Shown in pieces: positions 9,171-18,464 of a stretch of DNA of 64,000 nucleotides (the first letter of the stretch is position 1; each line of letters begins with the position of its first letter). A model generated the notes under the pieces. It saw only the letters and a list, made by a program, of their open reading frames with translations, was not told the origin of the DNA and did no database searches. Origin of the DNA: an uncultured Chloroflexia bacterium. GTDB taxonomy: Bacteria; Chloroflexota; Limnocylindria; Limnocylindrales; CSP1-4. The stretch covers positions 106,846 through 170,845 of the forward strand of contig CAVQKK010000009.1 in the NCBI GenBank assembly GCA_963713095.1. The letters run 5' to 3'. The position numbers and the translations under genes were made by a program.

Positions 9171-11515
9171 CGAGGCTGCTGGCGGTTGTCGACGGCGCTG
9201 TGCAGCGGTTGCTGCTGCCGCTGACCGCCGGCGGGCTGGTGCTTGGGCTGCTTGGCCTGGCCACCGGACAGGAGGAGCTCTCGTGGTGGGCCTGGACGGT
9301 GCCCGCCGCGCTGGTCGGCGTGTGGCTGGCGGCGTCGATCCTCCGGGACCTGCTCAGGAGGGAGGCGGGCGTCGATGTGATCGCCGTGCTGGCGATCGGG
9401 GGGGCGCTGGCGCTCGACGAGTCGCTCGCCGCGGCGGTGATCGGGGTGATGCTCGCAACCGGGGACTGGCTCGAGCGCTACGCGGACGGACGGGCGCACC
9501 GCGAGCTGTCGGCGCTCGTGTCGAGGGCGCCGCAGACGGTCCACCGCTACCTCGACGGGACCATCGTCGATCGGGCGGTCTCCGAGGTCGACGTGGGCGA
9601 CCGGCTGCTGGTCAAGCCCGGCGAGGTGGTCCCGGTCGACGGCAGCGTCGTGGGCACCTCGGCCGTGCTCGATGAGTCGGCGCTCACGGGTGAATCGCGC
9701 CTCGCCACGCGCGAGGCGGGCGACCCGGTCAGCTCCGGGACGGTCAACGCGGGAATGCCGTTCGACCTGGTCGCGACGGCCACTGCCGAGCGCAGCACCT
9801 ACGCGGGGATCGTCCGCCTGGTCGAGGAGGCGCAGTCGTCAAAGGCGCCGTTCGTTCGGATCGCGGACCGGTACGCGCTGCTGTTCGTGCCGCTCACGCT
9901 CGTCATCTCCGGCCTCGCGTGGCTCGTCTCGGGCGACCCGGTGCGCGCGCTGGCCGTGCTGGTCGTCGCGACGCCCTGTCCGCTGCTGCTGGCGGCCCCG
10001 ATCGCGATCGTCGCTGGGATCAGCCGCTCCGCGAGGCGGGGGATCATCGTCAAGGGCGGCGGCGCGCTCGAGGCCATCGCCCGTGCCCGTGGAATCCTGT
10101 TCGACAAGACGGGCACGCTCACGGCCGGGCGCCCGCACCTCGCCGAGATCGTGGCGGCTCCCGACCACAACGCGGCCGAGGTGCTGCGGTGGGCCGCGTC
10201 ACTCGAGCAGGTATCCCCACACGTGCTGGCAGCCTCGATCGTGGCCGGAGCCCGTGAGCGCGGCGTCTCCATATCCCTGCCCAGCGATGCGGCGGAGCTG
10301 CCGGGCGCGGGGATCGCCGGTCGGGTCGAGGACGCGGATGTGCGGGTCGGCACCATCGCGTTCACCTCCGATGGAGAGCAGCTGCCGGCTTGGGCGCGAG
10401 ACGTCCGGCGCCGGGTGTCCCTGGAGGGGGCGACGGGGGTGTACGTCGCGGTGGGCGGTGTCCTGGTCGGCGCGCTGGTGCTCGACGATCCCATCCGGCC
10501 GGAGACGCCTCGGGTGATCCGGTCTCTCCGACGAGCCGGGGTCCGCCGGATCGTGATGGTCACGGGGGATCACTACGGCGTGGCCGACATGGTCGGCGCC
10601 GCAATCGGTGCCGATGCGGTCCTGGCCGAGCGCACGCCGGCCGACAAGGTGGATGCCGTGGCCGAGGAGCGGGGGAACGTCGACGGCATCCTGGTGATGG
10701 TCGGTGACGGCATCAATGACGCACCGGCGCTGGCGGCGGCCGATGTGGGGGTCGCGATGGGCGCCCGGGGAGCCACTGCCAGCTCCGAGGCTGCGGATGT
10801 CGTCATCACCGTCGACCGGCTCGACCGGCTCCCGGAGGCGATCCGCATCGCGGCACGGTCGCGGACCATCGCCTTGCAGAGCGTGATCGCGGGCATGGGA
10901 CTGTCGCTGGCCGCCATGCTTGTTGCCACAACGGGGCTGCTGTCACCCGTGATCGGGGCGCTGCTCCAGGAGGCGATCGACGTGCTCGTGATCGTCAACG
11001 CCCTGCGCGCGCTCACCGGCGGGACCGAGCGTCCGATCCGGGTGCCCGGCTGGGTGGACCTCAGCACCAGGCTGCGCGCCGAGCACCGCGAGCTGGCGGC
11101 GCCGATCGGGCGGATCCGGGCGCTCGCCGACGGGCTGGGCGCCTTGCCGGGCCCCGAGGCCAGGCTCGAGCTCGACCAGGTGCGGGCGTTCCTGGTCGAC
11201 ACGCTGGTGCCGCATGAGGAGCTCGAGGATCGCGAGGTGTTCCCGATGCTCGCCAGCGCCTTTGGCAACGACGACGTGACCGCTGCCCTTCACCGAACGC
11301 ATGCCGAGATCTTCCACCTGGTCCGGTTCGTGGGCCGCTTGGTCGACGAGGTGGGCCCGGATGGCCCCGCCGCCGAGGATCTCACGGACATGCGACGGGT
11401 GCTGTACGGGCTGGATGCGATCCTTCGCCTGCACATGGCGCAGGAGGAGGAGCTGTATGTGGGGCTGGGCGACGCAGGCCCGGCGCCGACGCAAGCGGTC
11501 GTCCAGCGCGCCTGA
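9167..11515 (+). CDS. P1B-type heavy-metal ATPase (P1B-5-like) with C-terminal hemerythrin/HHE domain
   Basis: TPCP in a TM helix, DKTGTLT, GDGINDAPAL, QEAIDV in the last TM. The C-terminal ~155 aa carry H...E / H..E..E repeats (LRAEHRELAAP, VPHEELEDREVFP, HRTHAEIFH, LHMAQEEE). ATGA overlap with the HAD gene. Confidence 0.85.
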   Translation: MTRLLAVVDGAVQRLLLPLTAGGLVLGLLGLATGQEELSWWAWTVPAALVGVWLAASILRDLLRREAGVDVIAVLAIGGALALDESLAAAVIGVMLATGDWLERYADGRAHRELSALVSRAPQTVHRYLDGTIVDRAVSEVDVGDRLLVKPGEVVPVDGSVVGTSAVLDESALTGESRLATREAGDPVSSGTVNAGMPFDLVATATAERSTYAGIVRLVEEAQSSKAPFVRIADRYALLFVPLTLVISGLAWLVSGDPVRALAVLVVATPCPLLLAAPIAIVAGISRSARRGIIVKGGGALEAIARARGILFDKTGTLTAGRPHLAEIVAAPDHNAAEVLRWAASLEQVSPHVLAASIVAGARERGVSISLPSDAAELPGAGIAGRVEDADVRVGTIAFTSDGEQLPAWARDVRRRVSLEGATGVYVAVGGVLVGALVLDDPIRPETPRVIRSLRRAGVRRIVMVTGDHYGVADMVGAAIGADAVLAERTPADKVDAVAEERGNVDGILVMVGDGINDAPALAAADVGVAMGARGATASSEAADVVITVDRLDRLPEAIRIAARSRTIALQSVIAGMGLSLAAMLVATTGLLSPVIGALLQEAIDVLVIVNALRALTGGTERPIRVPGWVDLSTRLRAEHRELAAPIGRIRALADGLGALPGPEARLELDQVRAFLVDTLVPHEELEDREVFPMLASAFGNDDVTAALHRTHAEIFHLVRFVGRLVDEVGPDGPAAEDLTDMRRVLYGLDAILRLHMAQEEELYVGLGDAGPAPTQAVVQRA

Positions 11516-11596
11516 CGCGGCCGCCCGCGACATGCCGCGCTCGCCAGGCGTCGGAAGGGCCATGAGGGTCGGCGGATGCGCGCGGGAGGATTGCCC

Positions 11597-12202
11597 ATGA
11601 CCACTCGGTCCCATTTCCTTCGAGCCGCAGCCGCGGTGCTGCCCGCCGCGATCGCGCTCAGCGCGACCTGCGGCCTCGCCTACGCGCTCGCTCAGCAGCT
11701 GTTGCGGACCGGGGCGAACGACCCGCAGGTGCAGCTCGCCGAGGACGCCGCACGCGCCCTCGACACGGGGGCGGATCCGATGGCGGTCGTCGGTCCGGGC
11801 AGCGCGGTGGCGGGGCTGGCGGGGGAAGGGACGGTCGACGTCGCGACCAGCCTCGCACCGTTCATGGTCGTCTACGATGCGTCGGGCAACGTGCTTGCGA
11901 CCGACGCGCAGCTCGACGGCCGGGACCCGATGCCGCCCGCCGGCGTGCTGGCGACGGCCCGTGCAGCGGGGTCGGATCGGGTCACCTGGCAGCCTCGGCC
12001 GGGTGTCCGGATCGCCACCGTGACCATCGGCTGGTCGGGCGGCTCGGTTCTCGCAGGGCGGTCGCTTCGAGAGGTGGAGGCGCGCGAGGACCTCGCGCTT
12101 CAGCTCGCCGCGCTCGCCTGGCTCGCGGGGCTCGCCGTCATGGTCGTCGCAGCCGCGCCGGTGTGGCTGGTCGGGCGGCGCGATCAAGCCACGCACGCCT
12201 GA
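11597..12202 (+). CDS. Hypothetical membrane-anchored protein
   Basis: GGGAGGA SD 6 nt upstream of the ATG. N-terminal signal/anchor and a C-terminal TM segment. No family recognised. Confidence 0.55.
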   Translation: MTTRSHFLRAAAAVLPAAIALSATCGLAYALAQQLLRTGANDPQVQLAEDAARALDTGADPMAVVGPGSAVAGLAGEGTVDVATSLAPFMVVYDASGNVLATDAQLDGRDPMPPAGVLATARAAGSDRVTWQPRPGVRIATVTIGWSGGSVLAGRSLREVEAREDLALQLAALAWLAGLAVMVVAAAPVWLVGRRDQATHA

Positions 12203-12378
12203 CCAGGCACGGGACCACCGATCGGATCGCCGCCGTCTCGCCGCTCATCGGTGGGCGACGATCGGGCTCCCGGGAGATGACCCCCGGCACATGTCGTCGC
12301 CTATCCACGGTGCCGATGTGGGGCTGAGATCTGTCGCGCGTGGTGTAGGCCGGAGCGGATCCCGAGGAGCGCAGAACG

Positions 12379-12648
12379 ATGACCGGCGAGACCGTCGTAG
12401 GTGACCCCGTGGCGACGACCGCGCCCTGGACCGCGGCCGTCCAGGCACGCGAGTCCAAACGCGACGACCCGTTGTTCGATGACCCGTGGGCGGTGGCGCT
12501 GGCCGGTGAGGCGGGGGCGGCCTGGATCGCCGAGCGGTCCGAAGACAACACCGCACCGATCGCGATCCGCACCCGGTACTTCGACGATTGGCTGCTGGAC
12601 TGCACCTCCGACGCCCGGATTCGCCAGGTCGTCCTGCTTGCCGCGGGC
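12379..12648 (+). pseudogene. Truncated SAM-dependent (leucine carboxyl / TIGR00027-type) methyltransferase, N-terminal 90 codons only
   Basis: DDPLFDDPWAVALAG...RTRYFDDWLL...IRQVVLLAAG, then the frame leaves the family just where GLDSR should follow. Confidence 0.6.
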
Positions 12649-12653
12649 CCGGC

Positions 12654-13030
12654 TTCGCGGTCGCCGCCGAGGCGCTGGTCGGCGGGGCGGTGGGCGCGCG
12701 CGACCGGCCGGCGTTCGTCGCTCTGACGCGGCGGTGGCGCAGTGGAGCGTCGGTCTTGCCGTGCTGGTCGCCGCGGCCTGCGGCGTCTTCGGCTCGGCGA
12801 TCGTCGCCCTGTTCACGGACCTGCCGGCCGTCCGGGCGGCCGCGGCGCTGTACCTGCCCTGGATGATCGTCTCGGTATGGGGCCACGTCCTCGACGGCGG
12901 CGCAGCTGCTGCTGCCGGCATGGGGCAATCACGGCCTTTGGCTGGCGTTCCTGATCTCATGCTGATGCGTGCCGCGACGCTGGCGCCTGGCCCCCGCGCG
13001 TCGTGGACAGCGTGGGCTGAGCATCGTTCG
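12654..13030 (+). pseudogene. MATE efflux transporter remnant (C-terminal third, at least 2 frameshifts)
   Basis: Three frames carry consecutive MATE-like pieces: FAVAAEALVGGAVGARDR; LAVLVAAACGVFGSAIVALFTDLPAVRAAAALYLPWMIVS..VLDG; HGLWLAFLIS. Confidence 0.55.
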
Positions 13031-13047
13031 CCGATCCGCCGGTCCCG

Positions 13048-15447
13048 TCACGAGGCGCGCTCGCGGACGATCCGCCCGAGCTCCAGGTGGCGCACGGCCC
13101 GCAGCGCCGGGATCTGCGAGAGCAGGCCCGTGACCACGATCGCCAGCGCTGTGAGCAACAGCGTGGTCGGCCGGACGTGGAGGTCGAACCGGAACATGTC
13201 CGACGAGAACGAGGCCATGAACACAGCGGAGACCACATAGCCGACCACGAGGCCCGGCACCAGGCCGATCGCGGTCAGCAGCAGGTTCTCGCCTGTGATC
13301 AGGCGCGAGATCGTACTGCTGGGCATGCCCAGGGTGCGCAGGACGGCGATCTCGGTGGACCGCTCGGAGATGCCGGCGACCAGCGTGTTGTAGATCAGCG
13401 CGAAGGCGAGGATCCCGCCCAGCACCACCATCACCCCGATGAACGCGTAGAACAGGCCCAGGAATTGGTTCATCAGGTCGAACAGGGCGTGGCTGTCGAC
13501 GACCGCCGCGATGCCGTCGAGCGAGCGCAGCTGCGACGCAACGTCCGGGGCGTTGGCACCGGGTGTGTATCGGACGAGCGCGACGTTGTCGAGGGCGGCC
13601 GATCCTACGGGCCCGACGAGGCTTGCGAGGTAGGGCAACGATGCGTACACGGGGGTGCCGAGCGGCTCGCTCACGAACCCGGCCACCGTCGCGTTCACGG
13701 AGAGCGCGCCGGCACCTGACGATGAGGAGCCCCCCGTCTGGGTCGCCAGGCTGAGGCGCACCGTGTCGCCGACGGCGACGCGCAGGCGATCCCGCAGAGC
13801 GGCTCCCAGGAGCACGCCCTGTGCCGGCAGCGAGATCTCGGCGCCGCCTGGGTCGTAGAAGCCATGCATCGTGGTCCCGGTCTGGAGCCCGGTGAGCTGG
13901 GTGAGGTATGAGCCTGTGCTCGACGCAACTGCCACGCTCCATTCGGCGCCGGGCTCGACGGTCGCCACGCCGTCGACGGCGCCGATCACCGTCAGCTCCT
14001 GCTGGGTCACCGGGGAGATCGGGTAGACCGACGCATCCTGCCGGGTGATGTCGACGAACTGCCTGTGCATCAGAATGTCGATCGTGTCGATCATCCCCCA
14101 CGACGCGAGGATGAGCGTCGACGCCATCACAACCCCACCGATGGTCGCGAGGCTCCGGCGGGGGTTCCGGCCGATGCCCCGGAGGGCGACCCGCCAGCGA
14201 ACCGGCAGGTGGTGGACCGGCGGGACGAGACGTTCGACTAGGCTCTCCTGGCCCTGGCCCATGGGCGCGATCCCGCGCATCGCCTCGGCGGGTCCGAGGG
14301 AGGTCGCGCGACGCGCGGGGACGAACGCTGCGGCCACCGAGGCCAGAATGCCGATCGCCACCCCGGCGAGGACGGTCGTCGGGCGGACGTCCGTGACCCG
14401 GCTGGGGATGCCCAGCTCGCCCGTGTAGAGCGAGCTGATCACGCCGGCCAGGAGCGCTCCCAGGAGGGCGCCGATCACCGCTCCGACGACGCCGACAACG
14501 AGGCCGAAGCCCGTGTAGTGGACGATGATGGAGCGTCGGTCCATGCCGTTGGCTCGGAGCGTCCCGATGACCGCCCGCTGCGAGGCGATCATCCGACCGA
14601 GCATCACGAACGTCGCGAAAGCGGCCGCCCCCAGGAACATGATCGGGAACGCGAGCGACAGCTCACCGAAGCCGCTCACGTCCTCCTGGAGCGCAGCGTT
14701 GGACGGTTGCTCGGCCTTGGTCATGACGTCGAGCGCCCCGGCGTTGCGCATCGCCGCGGTGGCCGACTCGGTCGTGCTCGCCGGCTGGTCCGGCGGGATG
14801 TAGCCGAGCGCCTGGCCGTGGACCGTGTCGGGCGCCAGCCCCGCCACCAGCGGTTCGGGCGCGAAGATCACGCCGAAGTCGTCGGGCAGCACGAAAACCT
14901 CCTGGCGACTCTTGGCCGGCCAGATGTACTCGGGCGAGAACACGACGCCCAGGACCTTGAGCTGCTGCCAGCCCGAGCGGCCGAGGATCGCGATCGAATC
15001 ACCCGGCTTGAGCCCGAAGTTGTCGGCCATGTGCTTCTCGACGAGGACGCCGTTGGGGACCGACGGGTCGAGCCGGCTCCCGTCGACCACGAGGACGTCG
15101 TCCACGGGAGCTCGACTGCCGTCTGCAGGCAGCCCGATCGCTCGGCCGAGCAGCTGGTGGTCACCGACCCGGATCGGAGTGTCGGACACGGACCTGGTTC
15201 CGGTCGCGGCCACGCCTGGGACCGCTGCAGCCGCTGCAGCGACGCTCGCCGGGTCCCCTCCGACCGCCATGACGGCCGCGAAGTGGGTCTCGGCATACAG
15301 CTTCTCGTACGAGGCGGTCAGGTTGAGGAAGGCGTCGTAGGAGGCGCCGAACAGGGCGACGCCCAGGATCACCGTCACGACGACGGCCAGGAACGGGCCC
15401 CGGCGGGCGCGGATCTCCCGGAGCATCGAGCGCCGGAGGAGCCTCAC
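13048..15447 (-). CDS. ABC transporter permease, FtsX/MacB-like, double FtsX domain (799 aa)
   Basis: MRLLRRSMLREIRARRGPFLAVVVTVILGVALF. Two 4-TM FtsX-type blocks separated by large extracytoplasmic domains. GTGA overlap with the ATPase gene. Confidence 0.85.
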   Translation of the reverse strand: MRLLRRSMLREIRARRGPFLAVVVTVILGVALFGASYDAFLNLTASYEKLYAETHFAAVMAVGGDPASVAAAAAAVPGVAATGTRSVSDTPIRVGDHQLLGRAIGLPADGSRAPVDDVLVVDGSRLDPSVPNGVLVEKHMADNFGLKPGDSIAILGRSGWQQLKVLGVVFSPEYIWPAKSRQEVFVLPDDFGVIFAPEPLVAGLAPDTVHGQALGYIPPDQPASTTESATAAMRNAGALDVMTKAEQPSNAALQEDVSGFGELSLAFPIMFLGAAAFATFVMLGRMIASQRAVIGTLRANGMDRRSIIVHYTGFGLVVGVVGAVIGALLGALLAGVISSLYTGELGIPSRVTDVRPTTVLAGVAIGILASVAAAFVPARRATSLGPAEAMRGIAPMGQGQESLVERLVPPVHHLPVRWRVALRGIGRNPRRSLATIGGVVMASTLILASWGMIDTIDILMHRQFVDITRQDASVYPISPVTQQELTVIGAVDGVATVEPGAEWSVAVASSTGSYLTQLTGLQTGTTMHGFYDPGGAEISLPAQGVLLGAALRDRLRVAVGDTVRLSLATQTGGSSSSGAGALSVNATVAGFVSEPLGTPVYASLPYLASLVGPVGSAALDNVALVRYTPGANAPDVASQLRSLDGIAAVVDSHALFDLMNQFLGLFYAFIGVMVVLGGILAFALIYNTLVAGISERSTEIAVLRTLGMPSSTISRLITGENLLLTAIGLVPGLVVGYVVSAVFMASFSSDMFRFDLHVRPTTLLLTALAIVVTGLLSQIPALRAVRHLELGRIVRERAS

Positions 15448-16223
15448 CAGGTCACCTCCTCGGGTCGCGTGGGGTTCGGCTGGAGCACGTCGCCCACGAC
15501 CTCACCCGACCGGAGACGCAGCACCCGGTCGGCCATCGTTGCGATCACCGAGTTGTGGGTGGCCAGGAGCACGGTGCGGCCGCCGGTTCGGGCGAGGTCG
15601 TGGATGATCCCCAGGACGGACCGGCCGACATCGGCGTCGAGGGAGCCGGTGGGCTCGTCGCACAGCAGGATCTCCGGCGACTTCACGAGCGCCCGGGCGA
15701 TCGCGACCCGCTGCTGCTCGCCGCCGGACAGCGCGCTCGCGAAGTGATCCACGCGATCACCGAGCCCGACGGCGTCGAGGGCGGCCCGGGCGTCGGCCTC
15801 ACGCTTTCCCACCAGCTCGGCGACGAGCGCCACGTTCTCGACGGCGGTCAGGGTCGGCACCAGGTTGAAGAACTGGAACACGAAGCCCACGTCCTCGCGC
15901 CGGTAGGTGGTCAGCGCCTCATCGTCGAGACCAGCAAGATCGCGGTCGCCGACCAGGAGCCGGCCCTCCGTCGGCGACTCGATGCCGCCCACGATGTTCA
16001 TCAGCGTTGTCTTGCCCGATCCGCTCGGGCCCAGGACCACGACGAACTGCCCGGCCTCGATCTGAAGGTTGAGTCCCCGCAGGGCGTGGACCGCAACCTC
16101 GCCGGTGCCAAAGGTCTTCGACACACCCTCGAACCGCACCCTGGCGCCGTCATGCCCGAGCTGTCCGGACGGCGAGACTGCACCTCCCCCACGCGGCTGG
16201 GTCCGGACGGCGCTGTGGGTCAT
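15444..16223 (-). CDS. ABC transporter ATP-binding protein (MacB/LolD-like)
   Basis: GPSGSGKTT (Walker A), LSGGEQQRVAIARAL (signature), ILLCDEPTGSLD (Walker B). Confidence 0.93.
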   Translation of the reverse strand: MTHSAVRTQPRGGGAVSPSGQLGHDGARVRFEGVSKTFGTGEVAVHALRGLNLQIEAGQFVVVLGPSGSGKTTLMNIVGGIESPTEGRLLVGDRDLAGLDDEALTTYRREDVGFVFQFFNLVPTLTAVENVALVAELVGKREADARAALDAVGLGDRVDHFASALSGGEQQRVAIARALVKSPEILLCDEPTGSLDADVGRSVLGIIHDLARTGGRTVLLATHNSVIATMADRVLRLRSGEVVGDVLQPNPTRPEEVTW

Positions 16224-16915
16224 GACGAGCCTCCTTGGGCGGGATCGTTGGGAGTGGCGGGATCGGATGGCGCTGCAGGATCGATGTGGGCAACAGGTGC
16301 CGGCGGATGGATGAGCAGACGGAGCAGAACGTCGCGAACGCCGTCGACATCGGTCGATGGATCGACGATCCGATGGAGCAGCAGGCCGTCGAGCGCGGCT
16401 GCGACGAGCACACCGGTCGCCTCTGGCGGCAGGTCCGGGGCCGACTCGCCGGTGGTCGATGCGAGTCGAACCCGGATGGCCACGAGGTCGCGGAATTCCT
16501 GGAGGCTGCCGACGATGACCTCGGCCAGCCCGGGGTCTCGCATCGCCCGGGCCATTGCCTCGACCAGGAGGCTTCCGGCCGGCGTGTCCGGGTCGAAGCG
16601 GCCGATTGCATCGACCGCGCCGGCGAGGCCCTCCGCAAGGGACGAGTCTCCTGTGAGCGGCCGCGCAGCCTGCCCGATCTCCTCCTCGAGGGCCGCGACC
16701 ACGGCGCCCCGGAGCAGGGCGTCCATGGACCCGAAGTGATAGTGGACCAGGGCAGGGTTCACGCTGGCACGTGCCGCAACCGCGCGCGTCGTGACGGCGT
16801 CCCAACCCATCTCGGCGACGAGCTCCACGGCGGCGGCGGCGATCTTGCGGCGCGTTGCCTGGCCGCGCGCCGAGGGTGGTGTCGGCGGCGCCCCGACGGG
16901 CTCGATGTTGGTCAT
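16220..16915 (-). CDS. TetR/AcrR family transcriptional regulator
   Basis: N-terminal HTH (RRKIAAAAVELVAEMGWDAVTTRAVAARASVNPALVHYHFGS). ATGA overlap with the ABC ATPase gene. Confidence 0.9.
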   Translation of the reverse strand: MTNIEPVGAPPTPPSARGQATRRKIAAAAVELVAEMGWDAVTTRAVAARASVNPALVHYHFGSMDALLRGAVVAALEEEIGQAARPLTGDSSLAEGLAGAVDAIGRFDPDTPAGSLLVEAMARAMRDPGLAEVIVGSLQEFRDLVAIRVRLASTTGESAPDLPPEATGVLVAAALDGLLLHRIVDPSTDVDGVRDVLLRLLIHPPAPVAHIDPAAPSDPATPNDPAQGGSS

Positions 16916-16923
16916 TTGCCCAA

Positions 16924-16929
16924 ATCATA
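16924..16929 (-). promoter_or_regulatory. -10 hexamer TATGAT 8 nt upstream of the tetR ATG (near-leaderless transcript predicted)
   Basis: Minus strand reads gtgcTATGATttgggcaaATG. There is no SD sequence. Confidence 0.4.
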
Positions 16930-17042
16930 GCACGGCGTTCGGTCGGGCTGCTCGGCACCCCCCAATTCCGTCGTCCGGCTCTCGCCCGAACCCCGTCGGA
17001 GGAGCTAGTCATCGTTCGACGCCTTACGCACGGAGAGATGAG

Positions 17043-17516
17043 TTGCCACCGACGCTCAAGCAGATCGACGACTTCCTCGCCCTCAAGCGCATCGCGGTCG
17101 TCGGCGTATCCCGCAACCCCAAGGAGATCAGCTACACGCTGTGGCAGGAGCTCCGCCAGCGCCGGTACGACGCCGTGGCGGTCAACCCGGCGACCACGGA
17201 GATCGACGGCCGGCCATGCTATCCGAGCGTGCGCGACATCGACCCGCCTGTCGAGGGAGCGCTGATCATGACCACGGCCCCCGTCGCCGAGCAGGTTCTG
17301 GAAGAGTGCGCGGCCTTGGGCATCAACCACGTCTGGCTGTACAAGGGCCTGGGCGGAGGCGCCACGAGTGAGCGGACGGTCGCGGCCGCCGAGCGGCTCG
17401 GGCTCGACACGGTCGCGGGTCACTGCCCGTACATGTTCCTGCCCGGCACTCCCGTGTTCCACGGCATCCACGCCTTCGGTAAGAAGCTGACGGGCGGGTA
17501 CCCGAAGGCGAGCTGA
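17043..17516 (+). CDS. CoA-binding domain protein (YccU/YneT-like)
   Basis: LKRIAVVGVSRNP...CYPSVRDI...ALIMTTAP. TTG start with GGAGAG 5 nt upstream. Confidence 0.75.
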   Translation: MPPTLKQIDDFLALKRIAVVGVSRNPKEISYTLWQELRQRRYDAVAVNPATTEIDGRPCYPSVRDIDPPVEGALIMTTAPVAEQVLEECAALGINHVWLYKGLGGGATSERTVAAAERLGLDTVAGHCPYMFLPGTPVFHGIHAFGKKLTGGYPKAS

Positions 17517-17520
17517 GCGG

Positions 17521-17946
17521 GTGTCCACCGCCACGGTCGTCTACCGGAGCGCCACGGGAACGACCCGCCACCTGGCCGAGGAGATCGGCGCCCATCTGAC
17601 GTCGCGCGGCGTCGTGACCGTCGTGCAGTCGGTGGGCGACTGCGACCCACAGTCGCTCTCCGGCGTCGACTTCGTGCTGCTCGGCTGCTGGACGAGCGGG
17701 CTGTTCATCGTCGCTCAGCATCCCGACGAGCCGTGGCTGGCGTTCGTGCGCGACATGCCCGCGCTCGATCGAGCGAAGGTCGGGCTGTTCACCACCTACA
17801 AGCTCGCAACGGGATCGATGTTCGCGAGGATGCGGGCCGCCCTCGGCGGCAAGGTTGGCCGCACCGAGCTCGAGTTGAAGTCGCGCGACGGACGGCTGTC
17901 ACAGGATGGCCGAACGCTGCTGGACCGGTTCATCGGGACCGTGTAG
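17521..17946 (+). CDS. Flavodoxin-like domain protein
   Basis: VVYRSATGTTRHLAEEI (the T/S-x-T-G-x-T FMN loop) ...VLLGCWT. 141 aa. Confidence 0.7.
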   Translation: MSTATVVYRSATGTTRHLAEEIGAHLTSRGVVTVVQSVGDCDPQSLSGVDFVLLGCWTSGLFIVAQHPDEPWLAFVRDMPALDRAKVGLFTTYKLATGSMFARMRAALGGKVGRTELELKSRDGRLSQDGRTLLDRFIGTV

Positions 17947-17990
17947 CGCCGGTCCGGCCGTGGTTGTCGAGAGCGACCTTCAACGAGCGT

Positions 17991-18362
17991 TGGTGGAGAT
18001 GGGGGAGAGTCGAACTCCCCGTCCAGAACCCTTCGCCAGGACCCACTACGAGCGTGTCCGATGATTTTCGTCAGCCGGTCGGCCGCCCATCGGCAGGCTT
18101 CCGTCCGGCCCATTCACGTGTCCCTAGATCGGGCTTCGCTCCGGGGTACGCGACCTCTCCCGGGCTGCACCTCCGCTGAGTGACGCTTCCACGGCCCGCG
18201 GAGGGGAGGCCGCTTCCACGCTCACCTTACCGCCTAAGCGGCGAGGGCGAGAGCAGGCTGCTTGTTGGCAGTTACTTCGTTTTGCCGCCTGTTTTACGAG
18301 GCCTGACGGCACCTCGGCTCGCGTTCCCTGACAGCCAGACCCTGTCGAAACCACGCATCCCC
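17991..18362 (-). ncRNA. ssrA: tmRNA (SsrA)
   Basis: 5' end GGGGAUGCGUGGUUUCGACAGGG. 3' end GGACGGGGAGUUCGACUCUCCCCCAUCUCCACCA. Internal tag reading frame GCC AAC AAG CAG CCT GCT CTC GCC CTC GCC GCT TAG = ANKQPALALAA (18269..18234). Confidence 0.93.
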
Positions 18363-18464
18363 ACAGGACCGAACCGTCGTTCGGGCGGCGAATCCTAGCA
18401 TCGGTGGCCGGTGGGGTCGAACGCTCAATTGACATCACGCCCACCCCGCGAGCACGCTCCGCTC

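Noticed and set aside
15444-17534. 696-aa minus-strand ORF spanning the ABC ATPase, tetR and beyond.
   Set aside because: Only the last 259 codons (15444..16223) form an ABC ATPase. The upstream part is out of frame with tetR, antisense to the CoA-binding gene, and low-complexity.
12203-17990. Possible genomic island integrated at the 3' end of ssrA, given the adjacent accessory genes and pseudogenes.
   Set aside because: No integrase, no recombinase, and no direct repeat of the tmRNA 3' end (TCGAACTCCCC...) were seen downstream. Evidence is insufficient.
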